In this document: positions 1 through 12,600 of the stretch, piece by piece
Layout: the number at the start of each line of letters is the position of its first letter
Position numbering within the stretch: position 1 is the stretch's first letter
NCBI GenBank assembly: GCA_030141605.1
Contig: JAQGDQ010001355.1
Coordinates: 1-44,945 of the forward strand
Length of the DNA: 44,945 nt
From: Tubiluchus corallicola
Lineage: Eukaryota; Animalia; Priapulida
Direction: 5' to 3'
Notes under the pieces: model-generated
The model's database searches: none
The model's input: only the letters and a program-made list of their open reading frames with translations
What the model was told of the DNA's origin: nothing
Made by a program: the position numbers and the translations under genes

Positions 1-412
1 GAATAGAATAGAATAGAATAGAATAGAATAGAATAGAATAGAATAGAATAGAATAGAATAGAATAGAATAGAATAGAATAGAACAAGCGTAGAAGACATA
101 TAAGCTACGTCAATGTGATTAATACAAAACAGAACTGCACGTAGTATAGAATAGAATAGAACAGAACAAACGATAATAGAACAGAACGGAATAGTACGAA
201 ACAGAACAGAAAAGATCGTAGAGCAACGGAACAGAACAGAAGGCAACAGAACAGAACATAACGCAATGGAACGGAACGGAACAGAACAGAAGGCAACAGA
301 ACAGATTGGAACGTAATGGAACGCAACGGAACAGAACAGTAATGGAACGCAACGGAACAGAACAGAACAGAAGAGATCGGATCGTAACGGAACGCAACGG
401 AACAGAACAGAA
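1..412. repeat. (GAATA)n microsatellite grading into a degenerate GAACA/GAACG pentamer array
   Basis: Perfect GAATA 1-80, then degenerate pentamers. Confidence 0.95.
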
Positions 413-1467
413 CACAACAGACTAGAAATCTATTATTTAGTTGAATACGTAAAAACCTGTTATTTCTATTACACTCCAAGAGTAGCCAGAATTCACAGAA
501 AATGTTAGTTGATATTATAAATGAAAAAACGGAAGTAAAGCAGCGTATTGTGAAAATAACAACATAATCACAACATAACAATACAACAAATACAACATAA
601 TCACAATGCATCGTACTAAAATCGTTCACTGACTATAGGAAAAACTTTAGCAGGAAACAAAGATCTAGAAATACTAACAATTGTTTGTAAGCTAATTAAT
701 AAATATTTTCTAAACAGGAGGAAGGTATAGAATTTTGTATTTATAAAATTGGATTGTTAACTTTCTTATGAATTTTAGTGAGTTGAACGTGTATGTAAAG
801 TTGGGTTTATGACATACATCAGTTTTTCGTGTTGTTTGTTAATGTGCTACGTAACATCTTGTTCATACAATTGTTTTGACTGGTTCTTTGTAATTAATTA
901 ATGACAGCATAATTTTGCTAATGTACAGTACGTTCACACAATAAATTATAAATTGTAATAAAAAGTAATTTAGATGAATTGTCGAACACTTACCGTGCGT
1001 GCAAAACAGGCATCCAGAATTCACAAAATTCACAAACGCTGCTTGCACCACCTTGCCGGTACTAAGTACAGATCACTCAAACGGTCAACTAAGCGGGCCA
1101 ATGCCGAGGGGGAGGCCTTTATATTCCCTCTTCATCTGATCTTTATCTTCGTTCCACTTTAGACCGGCAACTCTGAAATTCTAGTAAATCAAAGGAGATT
1201 TGCAAAACCAGGAGAAAAAGAATTCATGGTACCAAGGACACACTCGTCTAGGATTGTGGATCTTGCAAAGTCGGTGAGGTATTAAGTTGGGATTGTTTTG
1301 TCTCGTTCCGATGACCATCAAAAACAGTTGGGTTCTCTCGAGTGTAGAACACGTGTTTTAATTAATGAATAATTTTCACGAATCGTTACAGATTCAGTCT
1401 AGAAAATGTTTATGATGGCCTATTAATGGCGTTATGTTTTGTAACTCTGCGTCTTTCATTTGCACAT

Positions 1468-2142
1468 TGAACGGAATGGAACGGAAGAGAACAGAACAGA
1501 ACAGAGAGAACAGATGGGAGCAGAACGAACCAGAACAAAACGGAACGGAACAGAACAGAACAGAGCAGAACACAGAGCAGAGCAGAACAGAAGAAAACAG
1601 AAAAGAACACAACAGTATAGAACACAACAGAACAGAAAAGATCGGAACGTAATGGAATGCAATGGAACGGAATAGAACAGGACAGGGGAGAACAGGAGAG
1701 GACAGGACAGGACAGAACAGAATAGAAGAGAACAGATAGGAACAGAACAAAACAGAACAGAACAGAACGGAATGGAACAGAGCAGAAAGGAACGGAACGG
1801 AATAGAACAGAACAGAACAGAGCAGAACACAGAGCAGAGCAGACCAGAACACAAGAAAACAGAACAGAACACAACAGAACAGAAAAGATCGGAACGTAAT
1901 GGAATGTAATGGAACGGAATAGAACAGGGAAAAGGAGAGGAGAGGACAGGACAGGACAGGACAGGACAGGACAGGACAGGACAGGACAGGACAGGACAGG
2001 ACAGGACAGGACAGGACAGGACAGAACAGAACAGAACAGAACAGAACAGAACAGAACAGAACAGAACAGAACAGAACAGAACAGAACTGAACAGAACAGA
2101 ACAGAACAGAACAGAACAGAACAGAACAGAACTAAACAGAAC
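1468..2142. repeat. Compound pentamer array (GAACA / GGACA)
   Basis: Degenerate GAACA, perfect (GGACA)n about 1944-2021, perfect (GAACA)n after. Confidence 0.95.
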
Positions 2143-2356
2143 ATAGTTTGCATAGTTATGTAAAACTCAAAAGAAAGGCGAAGAATCTCGTGTAGCTGAG
2201 CTTATTTTAATATTTGGGGAAAAATGTACAGGACGTTCAGCAAAGAAGTTGTGATAAGTGCCTCGTGTAATTAGCAAAATCAATTTAAATTCGTCATCGC
2301 TTCACGCTTGGGCGTTCCAATTTTGAGCGAAAAATGACGTCATCCGGTTACTTTTC

Positions 2357-2945
2357 TGCAATGTATACTTTATGTATACATGTATACTTTATGTATGCTT
2401 TTTTGCACTGTATCTTTATGTATGCTTTTTTTGCAATGTATACTTTATGTATACATGTATACTTTATGTATGTTTTTTTGCAATGTATACTTTATGTATA
2501 CATGTATACTTTATGTAGGCTTTCTTGCAATGTATACTTTATGTATACATGTATACTTTATGTATGCTTTTTTGCAATGCATAATTTATGTATACATGTA
2601 TACTTTATGTAGGCTTTTTTGCAATGTATACTTTATGTATACATGTATACTTTATGTATGCTTTTTTGCAATGTATACTTTATGTATGCTTTTTGCAATG
2701 TATACTTTATGTATACTTTTTGCAATGTACACTTTATGTATACATGTATATTTTATGTATGCTTTTTGCAATGTATACTTTATGTATACATGTATGCTTT
2801 ATGTGTGCTTTTTTGCAACGTATACTTTCTGTATACATGTATACTTCATTTATACTTTTTTGCAATGTATAGTTTATGTATACATGCATACTTTATTTAT
2901 ACTTTTTTGCAATGTATACTTTATGTATAGTTTTCTGCAATGTAT
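2357..2945. repeat. Minisatellite, about 47-48 bp unit with shorter variants (TGCAATGTATACTTTATGTATACATGTATACTTTATGTATGCTTTT)
   Basis: Tandem copies visible; built from an ATGTATACTTT subunit. Confidence 0.93.
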
Positions 2946-4475
2946 AAACACCTTCGAACCAGCTGCTTGAGCTGCTTCTGTTACTATTACCAACTATAGG
3001 CAATGTAATACATTATACAATGCATTATCGATACTATTTATTTTGCTTTTTGACGAATTTCATTGGTCTCCATGTAATAAAAACAATAATGGAAGACAAT
3101 AAAATTATAATAATGTCCAACTTGGTTTTAGAGAAAGTATTGCAACACGCTAGTGTCACGACGTTTTTATTGTGCATAGATATAGTTACAGTTATAGTCA
3201 TAAATATAGTTAAATGCTATATATACAAGTCAAGCTCACATTGCCAAAAATACCAGAACAATCAGCATGTAAGAAATACTTGTACAGAACCAGAGCACGT
3301 GAGAGTAGTACTGTTTGCTTCATGGCCCAGCACGGTGCGCTCCAGCAACGAGGTGTTTGGCTGTCGTGCGCATGCGGCCATGCGCAAATGTCTGAACACT
3401 AGTAGAGAAAGTATTGCGGCTCTCAAATTTGTTGTCAGTTGTCAAGAGCTTACCTGAATGGATCAAGCTTGAACTGCGACAATTTTAGGCTATTACTATG
3501 CAAAAAATATTTGTTTTTTGTTTAGGTTTTTATCAAGTTTATGTATAAACTTTCGTATGTCAGCTTGTTTAAAATTACAATAACAACATTAAAATTACAT
3601 ATATTTTTGTTTCGTTTTATACAGTATTAAAATGATATCTATACATTTCTGAAGCAGCATCACTAATAATTTAAATATTTAAGAATTAAATATTTCCGAT
3701 TTCAGATTTCAAATACTGAATATGAACTGGAAACCCACATACTATAGACGAACTTTTAACTTTGTCAGCATATCAAGGTGTTATACATTTCTTGGTAAAA
3801 TCTTTGTCAATATAACTATGTAGAAAAGAACAACATTATGCCCAAACTCGTAAGCCAATTAACTATAATTACTCACTCTCCAGACTGACTATTTGATTGA
3901 CTGACTAACTGACCGTATCGAAAGAAACAAGAATGTACGCAAACAAGCGAATGACTGAAAATGAACACATGCACACACGCATATACCGACTGATTGACTG
4001 TCTGACTCACTAACTAACTAACAATGTAATTAGCTATGATTTGGTCAGTTAGCTTTGGAGAGTTTGTTTTGGGATTTGGCAGTTTGGCAGTTTAGCGGGT
4101 TTGGTAATTTGGTGGAGTGGCAGGTTTGGTTGTAGAGCAGTGATGAGAGGGATTTAGAGGAAGTCCTTGTGAGGCTCCTGTAACCCCTTGCATTCGCGAG
4201 TGTTCCACTTGGCATGCTAGAACATTAGAAGTTTTCCAACATTTGGTGATCCTCTTATATGGAAAGTCTATCCATTTCTCAGTGTGCTGACGTATAATGT
4301 AGTCAAACTTTATATCTTTATAAGAAGTTTATAATGGTCTTTCCTTTAAGCAGCTCTTTAATCTTTAACACCGATTTTATTTAAGAGTTACTCCTGAAAC
4401 GCTTACTGTATATTTTATTTACTAATTATAGCAATGGTGATAAATAGCCTGAATATTTCATACAGCAATGGTATC

Positions 4476-4846
4476 CAGGGGCGTATTAAAAATAGGCTAA
4501 CTAGGCACAGCATAGGGCGCCACCATTTCAGGGGCGTTACAAAATGCAAAAAATCTTATTCTCCTCTGAAAATATGAATGATTTCAAATTCATATAAAGG
4601 GCGCATTTTATAACACACCACAGGCAGTTACTGAGCGCAGTTGAGCAGCCTAATTGCTTATTAGTTCTATGCAAATACGCGTAACCAATCAATAATGACC
4701 ACGTGGAAATTGGGTTAATGGTATTTCTAACACATCACAATTAATTGTTTATTCTTCTTATTACATAAAAAACCATAAATTCACAATAGAGATAAGCCGG
4801 ACAAAACTATCAGCTTAGGGCTTTGCATATACTTGATACGTCTCTG
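4476..4846. mobile_element. Degenerate hAT-like MITE
   Basis: Imperfect TIRs CAGGGGCGTATT / GATACGTCTCTG (9 of 12); no TSD recognisable. Confidence 0.35.
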
Positions 4847-6619
4847 AGTGCACATTGGATAACTACTGCAGATTGACACAAGTATGTGATCAATGTGACG
4901 TGAATAGTCAAATCGAAAAATAGTGTAAAAGTTGCCTAGCACAGGGAGTTTACTGTGTATTATGGGAGCAGTCCTGCCTGCCTTTGTTGGTTGCTATAGG
5001 CTATCTCACTGAGATATTATACCCCTATACAAAAGTACTACAAAAAGTTCTTCATCTCACTAATAAGCAAAGAGCATAACTCAGCAAAGTTGGCAGTACG
5101 GTACGGTACGAAGAAATGAAGTAATTCGTACCTTGGAAAATCACCGTGCCGTCATTTCGTACCGTAGCAGCAAAATTGAATCTTACCATACTAGTACGAT
5201 AAAATATCGCACCGTAATTCCGTACCAAGTGCTTGTACGATCTGCGACAGGAGTGGCATAAAAATTAATTGTAGAACGATAAAGATAAAAAAAATTTCTA
5301 CATATTTATGAATGGTACACGGTAGAACTGCTGTTTGAACTGCCATTATTTCAGATTACAAAAACTACACAATGCAGGTATGCTCTATGTATGAATATAT
5401 ATATACTGTATATACAAAATTAGTCGGGGTGATAATGATTATATTAAGCATAAATGACATTAAAAACAGCAGTTTGATCTTACTGAGGTGTTTATGTAGT
5501 ATTTAACGTGTAATGCTTTGCCCATTGTACAGCGTATGTATTAGTGCAAATAAAACTGAAATAAATCGAGTTATTTATTCTGAAGATGAAAAGTTGCTGT
5601 TTTGCAAATAAAACTGAATTGAATTGAATTATTTATTCTGAAGATCTTGAACGGAAGTGGTGCTGACAAGCCACTGGCGTAGCAGTGTCTAGTTTTTTTC
5701 CTGGATTACTGCTGCGTTTACCTGTCTGAAGGTAGATTTCTTATATTTTAGAATTATGCCTGCCCAATGTCTACAATAGACGTGACGGGCGTATGATGAT
5801 GATGATGATGACGTACATTTTGAAATGTTCTTGTTTCAACATAATCTGCATAGTTTGAGATGTGTCGTCGATTACAACAAAATAGCTAGAAAATGCAGCT
5901 AAAACAGTGGCGCTACTTTGGATGCATGGGTCGCAGAGCGTCAAACCAGCGGGGGTCCCCCTTTCAATGACCAATCAAGCATTTTTAGCACCTATAATTC
6001 TTCGATTGTTGGGGCGTGGGATTGCTGTTGCACTAAGTAAGTGGTACAAAATTTCAAGACGAATTTTTTAAGCTTTATTAAGTGGAGTGTTTTTTGTGCT
6101 TTAAGTTATACTTATCGACTAAAAACCACGTGCTTTGGCATGGAGAAGAGCACTTTAACAGTGGTTTTTTGTACTCTAGAAGAACATAATTTGGCTGAAA
6201 CAAATAAATGTTTACAACGTTTTATAGACCTTCAGTTACTACTTGAAAGATTATTTAATCTACTTTTCTTTTCAGATAATATTCGAAAAAAACTTATTTG
6301 TATTTTTTCTGCATTTCATCGTGTTTCCTTTGCAGATAATGTTTGAAAAAACGGCTTTATATTTTTTCTCCATTTTATGGCATTTTAAGCGCATCTAAGA
6401 CTATTGGTTCGCAGTAAATCCTCCTCAGTTACCCAAGAGTAAAGTATTATTTTCCTTTTCGCTCCCTTACGAACCAGTTACCTCGTGTGAATCCCACGTA
6501 CATTACAGCATCCGGACAGGATCATTCGAAAGAGCATAAGCTGCAAGAAGTGACCGTTTCACGTAAGAATAATTCTGTATTTCAGCCTGTGGAACTTGAT
6601 AAAAAGTCGCAGCCACCCG

Positions 6620-7320
6620 GCCAACCAAACAAGGACCAATGACGCCACATAATCTGGCTGAGGAACAAAATACTGCATGAAAGATGCAATCGGCTCAGTA
6701 CGCTCTTCAAATTGGCTGACTTTGACCCGCTTCTTCCTTGAGAATACAGCAGCCCAAGAGTCAGAAACAAGCAGAAACTACCGGTGGAACAGCAGATGCA
6801 TAACGAGCAGCTTCACACTTAAAAACTCCCCATCTGCACTCTGGCTTGAATCAGCTGCAACATTACTTCTTGCCTGTTATCCTCAGGCAAGGCAGAGACA
6901 TTAGCCCAAATAGGAAGACCAACTGAATAGATGAAATTGATTCACCACCACACTGTCACCATCAACACCCTGTTCTTCATAACCACCTTGTGCTACAAAG
7001 TACTCTGACCCAGCATCAATTTCCGTCGCACAGAAACATCAGGTTTGTTCTGTACATTTGACAAACCAACACCACCCTCAGCAACACCACTCTTTGCTGC
7101 CTCGAGCTGAGACTCTACATTACTTCCCACGGGGTCCACTTCCACAGAAGAATCCACTTTTCCCAACCCGTGAACAGGTGTTAACTGACCTTGATAAACC
7201 AAAACTCGGTATACTAACTCTGCTTTCCCCCCTTGTACAGGACGCTTCTCACCATACTCCACCAATAAATCTTGCAACTGAGCCTTCTGAAATTCTTCAA
7301 CTCATCCAACGTTAACATAC
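6620..7320 (-). mobile_element. Degenerate LINE ORF1-like fragment (SAP-like motif + SGNH-esterase-like motifs)
   Basis: Minus strand: FQKAQLQDLLVEYGEKRPVQGGKAELVYRVL (SAP-like), then with frameshifts RVL..GDSVV, VSALP, KLLVMHL, resembling SGNH blocks found in some CR1/L2 ORF1 proteins. Confidence 0.45.
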
Positions 7321-7598
7321 GAACAGACATTGTGAAAACACCTTAAGTACACAGCACAGTGATAAAATCTGCTAAACCCTGCTCCGGAGGCAGAATCAAT
7401 CGTCCTTTCTCTAATGATAACGAAACATTACAATTGTTTTTTTCAGTGGGTGAGACCAGATCCTGATACAGCAATTAACATGGGACTAATTTCCTACTCT
7501 GTGACTAATGCCTCGCACGCCAACGACTTTTTAATATACATGAATAGCGATAATATCAGAATCTCTGTTAACGGCGACGATGGGTATGGAAATTCCTC

Positions 7599-8155
7599 AA
7601 GCTACGTAATGCGTAATGCGTAATGCGTAATCCGTAACGCGTGACGCGTATTGACTGTTTACATGTGTCTGACGCTACACGTGTTAACAAAGTGCAACTC
7701 TTTCGGTCATTCTGGTCGCTATTCGTGAAAATTGCAAGCAATAATTTTTGGAAACCATGTCCCTGTCGAAATTTAACCGTGGTAGTTACAGCTGTGGCAT
7801 TAGCTTATTATTGTACTATTACACGAAAAAATTCAAAAGAAAGTACAAGTTTTGGGTGCACAACATTTTGTAGGTGAGAAAGGAATACGGCTTGTATCAT
7901 CATTTAGTGAAAAAGCTGCAGTTAGATGTACAAAACTTAACTACATGCTTCCTCCACCTCTCAAAAACTCAAATATAGGTCCTAAGGTCACTAGAAACTT
8001 GAAAACTTGAAAGTTAAGAAACTTGAAAACTTGCTATAATCATCTAGGCAATCGCGGTTTCCCGTCTGCGTATTGCTGCGTGATGCGTATCTGGACGATT
8101 GTGGTCACGTTCGAATGAATACGGATCACGCGTTACGCGCATGGAGTCGTAGCTT
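7599..8155. mobile_element. Non-autonomous TIR element in a pentraxin intron
   Basis: Inverted ends AAGCTACG..CGTAACGCGTGA..CGTATT / AATACGGATCACGCGTTACG..CGTAGCTT; no clean TSD. Confidence 0.5.
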
Positions 8156-9294
8156 TATTCATTAAAAATTGTTCTTGTTCAAAAATTCGCAATGAACAGA
8201 TGATCATGTGTGACATCACCAACTCTTCTATCAGAAAAATGAAACGTACCACATAACTGCCAGTCTGGTCAACTTTCTACGCATTTTCTGGTCAACTTGG
8301 ACATTTTACACAATGAAGGATAAACGTGTAACAAGTGAAGGACAACATATCATTGATTTTTCAGTAATATGTTCGAGAGGCAATAATTCGTTGTTCTTCA
8401 ATTAAGTGAACAATAATATGTATAATTATGTACATGTATGATTATATGGGTATGTATATGTCTGATTATATGGTTATGTACATGTATTATTGAATATGCG
8501 GGATGGTTAGCCTCGCAAGGGTATGGTATGTTTTTTTCTGCTAATGCTTTGTGTGTGTGTTTTTATTGTAGCACCCCGTTTTCTCTTGCGTCAACAAACC
8601 CTGGTGACCTGCGTGATGGTGATTAGCATCATTTATGTGTTACTTATGATGGATCTACGGGAGACTGTAATATATATATATAGATGGAGTTAATCGAGGC
8701 AAGTATTTATAACTGGATTTCACTATTACTGAGGTATAAGAGCATTTATTACTGTAACCTGTCAATACTGAATTTATGCAGGCAGCAAGTTTTACAGTGG
8801 ATGTAGTCACCTCTCATATTTATCCTTAAGTTAATTTAACTTGGCCTGAGTTAAGTTAAATCTATATCTTTAGGTAGAATAATCACAGGCCGTATGACAG
8901 ATGGAAGCCTTTTTGTTAGTGGTCACCTATCCATTTACTTAACAGGCATTGCCTGTGCATTGCAGACATCATAGATCGACTTGTATATACAAGCACAGTA
9001 GCGGTTTAACTTGAGCTAGTTTTTCATTTGTATTTAACTAATATCATCCATATATAATGAATAACTATGCTTATTATATGGAATATAAATGGTTTCAAAT
9101 TTTGCTGGAAATGAATGGCAACTGTGACAATTACTTGACTTTAACTGACGACAACAAAAACAGACAAATCATTAGCATTTGTTTGTAGCACTACATTTAG
9201 CCAAACAAACATTTTACCCTTCGATTGTACAGATATGACCGAAATGAAAACATTTTTCGTCAAGAAACTACCTCGCCACGTCGGCGCTACTTCT

Positions 9295-9358
9295 ACTAGC
9301 AAAACCGACGAATTTACATACTAGCAAAACTGACGAATTTACATACTAGTAAAACTGA
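9295..9358. repeat. 25-bp tandem repeat, about 2.5 copies
   Basis: TACTAGCAAAACYGACGAATTTACA repeated. Confidence 0.8.
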
Positions 9359-10682
9359 GGTTCCAGATGCGACAGTTTCAGGTAGAGTGACGGCTGAACG
9401 GTTAGAGCACAAAAGAACGGGGGCATAAATGCAGGATATACCTGCTTCACTCCTACTGAAGGATATAGATAGACCATAATGAACGATTAGCATGACCATA
9501 CACTGGAATTGAATATACATATTCGAACTATACTATTTATATTTATATATCCATATACAATTATATAATTTACAACAACTAACCCTCACAGAAGCTGCTG
9601 AAAACTTAACCTTTCAAAAATCAGTTTAGTTTAAAATGTGTTTATTTAAAGGCGATCTACAACAGGCCTGCAGACTACATCAGTTACAAGTATTTCAATG
9701 TTAAATTTAGTCTAAAAACGACTAAAAATAAACAACCTAGCAGATTACAATAATTTGTGGTAAGGAAAAAACAGAATGTAGTGAAAACGTGTTTCATATG
9801 CTGCAAAGTGCATATAATGCTGTACGTTTATATCATTATAACAGAATCAGACAGCTTTGGCAGTGGAAATATACCGGGAGGCGGATCCTTGGTATTCGGT
9901 CAGGATCAGGATACTGTTGGGGGAACATTCGATGCTTCACAAAGCTATGTTGGCATGGTTTCTGATATCGTCATAACAACTGAAGTTCTAAGTGAAGCAG
10001 AAATAGGTATGCAGAGGAGGTACTTTGTAAAGGAACCTTTTTTAAATTCTTGTTACAAATTTCGAAGTGAAAAGAATCCAAAAGAATTTATAGTGCAAAT
10101 GTTTTAGCATATTGTTGCATTCTTTCAAATGGAAGACAGTTGTCTATGTGATTATGTATGCTTCTTGAAAATAGAATCGCAAAAATCAAAAAAAGGTGCT
10201 GGGACACCACCAAATTATACACAAGGGTGGTTGTTTCACTTGATAGGACTTCGTAACCATAAATTTGTTTGGTCTTTACACTGCATTTGACTGGCAGAAG
10301 AACTCGCACAACTGCTAACAACTTTCAGCTGCTCAACGTAAGTTAATTATTTGCGAAAAATGCTTCTAATAAAATCCTTTTAAGCATTATATGTAGTTAA
10401 AGTAGGACTGTTAAAGGCGATCAAATCTGCCAGTCAAATGACTTTTAGCCAGTGACATTTTAACCACTTATGGTTTAGCAGATGTCAGCGCGGTTAGATC
10501 CATTTTCTTTGTGTGTCATCAAAACCCAATTTTACTTCAATTCAATTTTGTTCGTCCAAATACCATTTCAGTACATAGGCAATATACATAGAAATACAAT
10601 TAAATGTTTAGAATATTTAGAAATATAAATTTGGCAAAATATAATAAAATTTTCTGCTAAAAGATGACACAAATGTTTGCAC

Positions 10683-10937
10683 AATGGCGCATTCAGACGT
10701 AGAGACTTCTCACAACTTGTTACGCAACTTCTCTCTGAGAGTAAACTTGTACGTGTGAACGAATTGGTAACTTCTCTTGCGACTTGTTACACGTGTGAAC
10801 GGCTTGGCAAATTCTCTCGCAAAAAGTACGACAAATTGCGAGATAAGATGCCAAGCCAATCTCACGTGCAACTTTGCGCTCAGTGAGAAGTTGCGCAACA
10901 AATTACGAGAGATGTCTCTACACCTGAACGCACCATT
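10683..10937. mobile_element. Fold-back MITE (PIF/Harbinger-like)
   Basis: Long imperfect TIRs AATGGCGCATTCAGACGTAGAGAC.. / ..GTCTCTACACCTGAACGCACCATT; opposite-strand ORFs both read NGAFRxRD. Confidence 0.75.
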
Positions 10938-12035
10938 AGTCTGTTCTGTAGTATTATTATGCAAAAACTGGGACCAACATACAGATAATAGTAATAATGC
11001 CAATAAATGTAATTTATGTAAGTACAATAGTTTCCAGTGAGTGCTTCTAAACTTGCTAATACTTACAGTAGATTTTTGTTGTTTATTTCTTTTTTTCCTT
11101 TTTTATTTACACTTTGAATTTTTTTATTTTTTTAAATATGAATTTTAAATATGACTTCTTCTAAACGCCATTTTTGCATTTTCAGCTGACATGAGTAATA
11201 CTTGCTTCAACATTGACGGGGACTTGGCATCATGGCAGTTGTCTGACCTTGAGTTCGTTGGAAACGCTTATCCAGAAACGTCTACTTGTCCATCGTACAT
11301 TCCAAACCCAGAGGTGTGTCTTCCAACACCGCTGACCGCACAGCAGAGAGAGCTTTTTGCTAATTTATTTTCCTATCTATTTGGCAATAATAATTCGAAA
11401 GAAAGGCTACTATATAAGCTTTTACAAAAGCTCTATTAACAGCAATCTAATAGGTAAGAAAAATCGCTGAACATTAACTAGGATACAGCATTAGAATCGA
11501 GAATGCAACGTGTGCTTAGCACATTAACGTGCTTAACACTATGCTTTGTTGATACTACTCTTTACTTATTTTGTATAATTATACACTTATTATTATTATT
11601 ATTTATTTATTTTTATACTAATTACATTCTGAATTAAAATCAACGTTTATTGTGACAAAAAACAAGCTTTATTAGGATTTGGATATGACTGAACATTAAC
11701 TAAGATATACCATTAAGTTGTGCAATAGGTGGTTCAATTGACTATTTACAAATTTACATATGTGCTGTTGTTTTGAAGTGAGAATGAAGCTTATGCTATA
11801 TATGTGTGCCACTGTAGCAAAAAAATAGTGTAACTATTATTGTAGCTTGTAGTATTTCTATTGTAACCTGTAATAATAAACTTTTCTTTATACCTCATAG
11901 TGCTTAGTAATTATTTTATACATAATGTAAGTTTATTCGCATGTATCATATTTTATAATAGTATTATACAAGCAGCAACAAAATGTGTGCTGTCAGAATA
12001 AATCCACTGTTCAAAATTTCATTAACTTTTTCACT

Positions 12036-12600
12036 TTAAAAGAAGATTTCATGTACTATCCCATATTTTCAAGTCCGAAAGAAAAGTAAACATTTTGACA
12101 CAGTTAATACTGCATAAGCGTTTCTGATAATTAAATAATAGATTAAAAACTTAATCAACAGCGGGTGAGCTCAACTATTGATGACATCACAAACTAACAA
12201 TTTTTAGCAGCACAAATATTCCATGAACGTCTGGCACGTGTTTGCAAAAGCGAAAATTGAAATATAGTGCTACTGCACGAAATTCAGTGTGTTGTGCTAA
12301 AACTAGGCAAGTTTTAAGATAAAAAAATCAATTTCAAATTTGCCGCAATGCTCACGCATGAGCTGTTGAACGTGCGCAGCTTCTCACAAATTAACACATC
12401 TGAACTGAGAGGCACAGCACCTGTTTTTTGAGCAATATGTTTCTGAAATGCAAGTGCTAGTGCCCATCTAACTAGCGAATGGCAAAATGCATGTAACAAC
12501 GAAGAACTAGTGGCCCGAACGCGAAATTGTGTTTGTGTGGCGACAATTCTTGAAATGTCGTTTTTGAAAAAATAGTATGTTTCCTTTCAATATTTTAAAA
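12036..12600 (+). mobile_element. Dispersed repeat copy 1 (probable non-autonomous DNA element with a TTAA-bounded end)
   Basis: Reverse-complement similarity to 29150-29680 (e.g. GATGACATCACAAACTAACAATTTTTAGCA). Confidence 0.7.

Larger units (their letters stand above)
7447..11439 (+). pseudogene. Pentraxin-domain gene, disrupted; visible exons 7447..7583, 8572..8698, 9845..10006, 11186..11439; 5' exons not located
   Basis: Spliced translation gives W...LISYS...NDFLIY / DG D*HHLCVTYDGSTG..IYIDG / IPGGGSLVFGQDQDTVGGTFDASQSYVG / C...GDLASW, which are pentraxin hallmarks (HxCxT, GQ[D/E]QD). TAG at 8624-8626 replaces the conserved Trp; an extra 2 nt in a TA run near 8670-8682 shifts the frame. 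Confidence 0.8.

Noticed and set aside
1-82. Telomeric repeat
   Set aside because: GAATA does not match TTAGGG or TTAGG types and grades into an interstitial pentamer family.
105-2970. Many FCSVL / EQNRT / MYTLC ORFs
   Set aside because: Translations of pentamer and minisatellite arrays.
3020-3457. 145-aa ORF
   Set aside because: No recognisable domain or splice context; probably repeat-derived or chance.
8624-8626. Stop-codon recoding in the pentraxin exon
   Set aside because: A single G>A change explains TAG, a frameshift follows, and the neighbouring LRR genes use the standard code.
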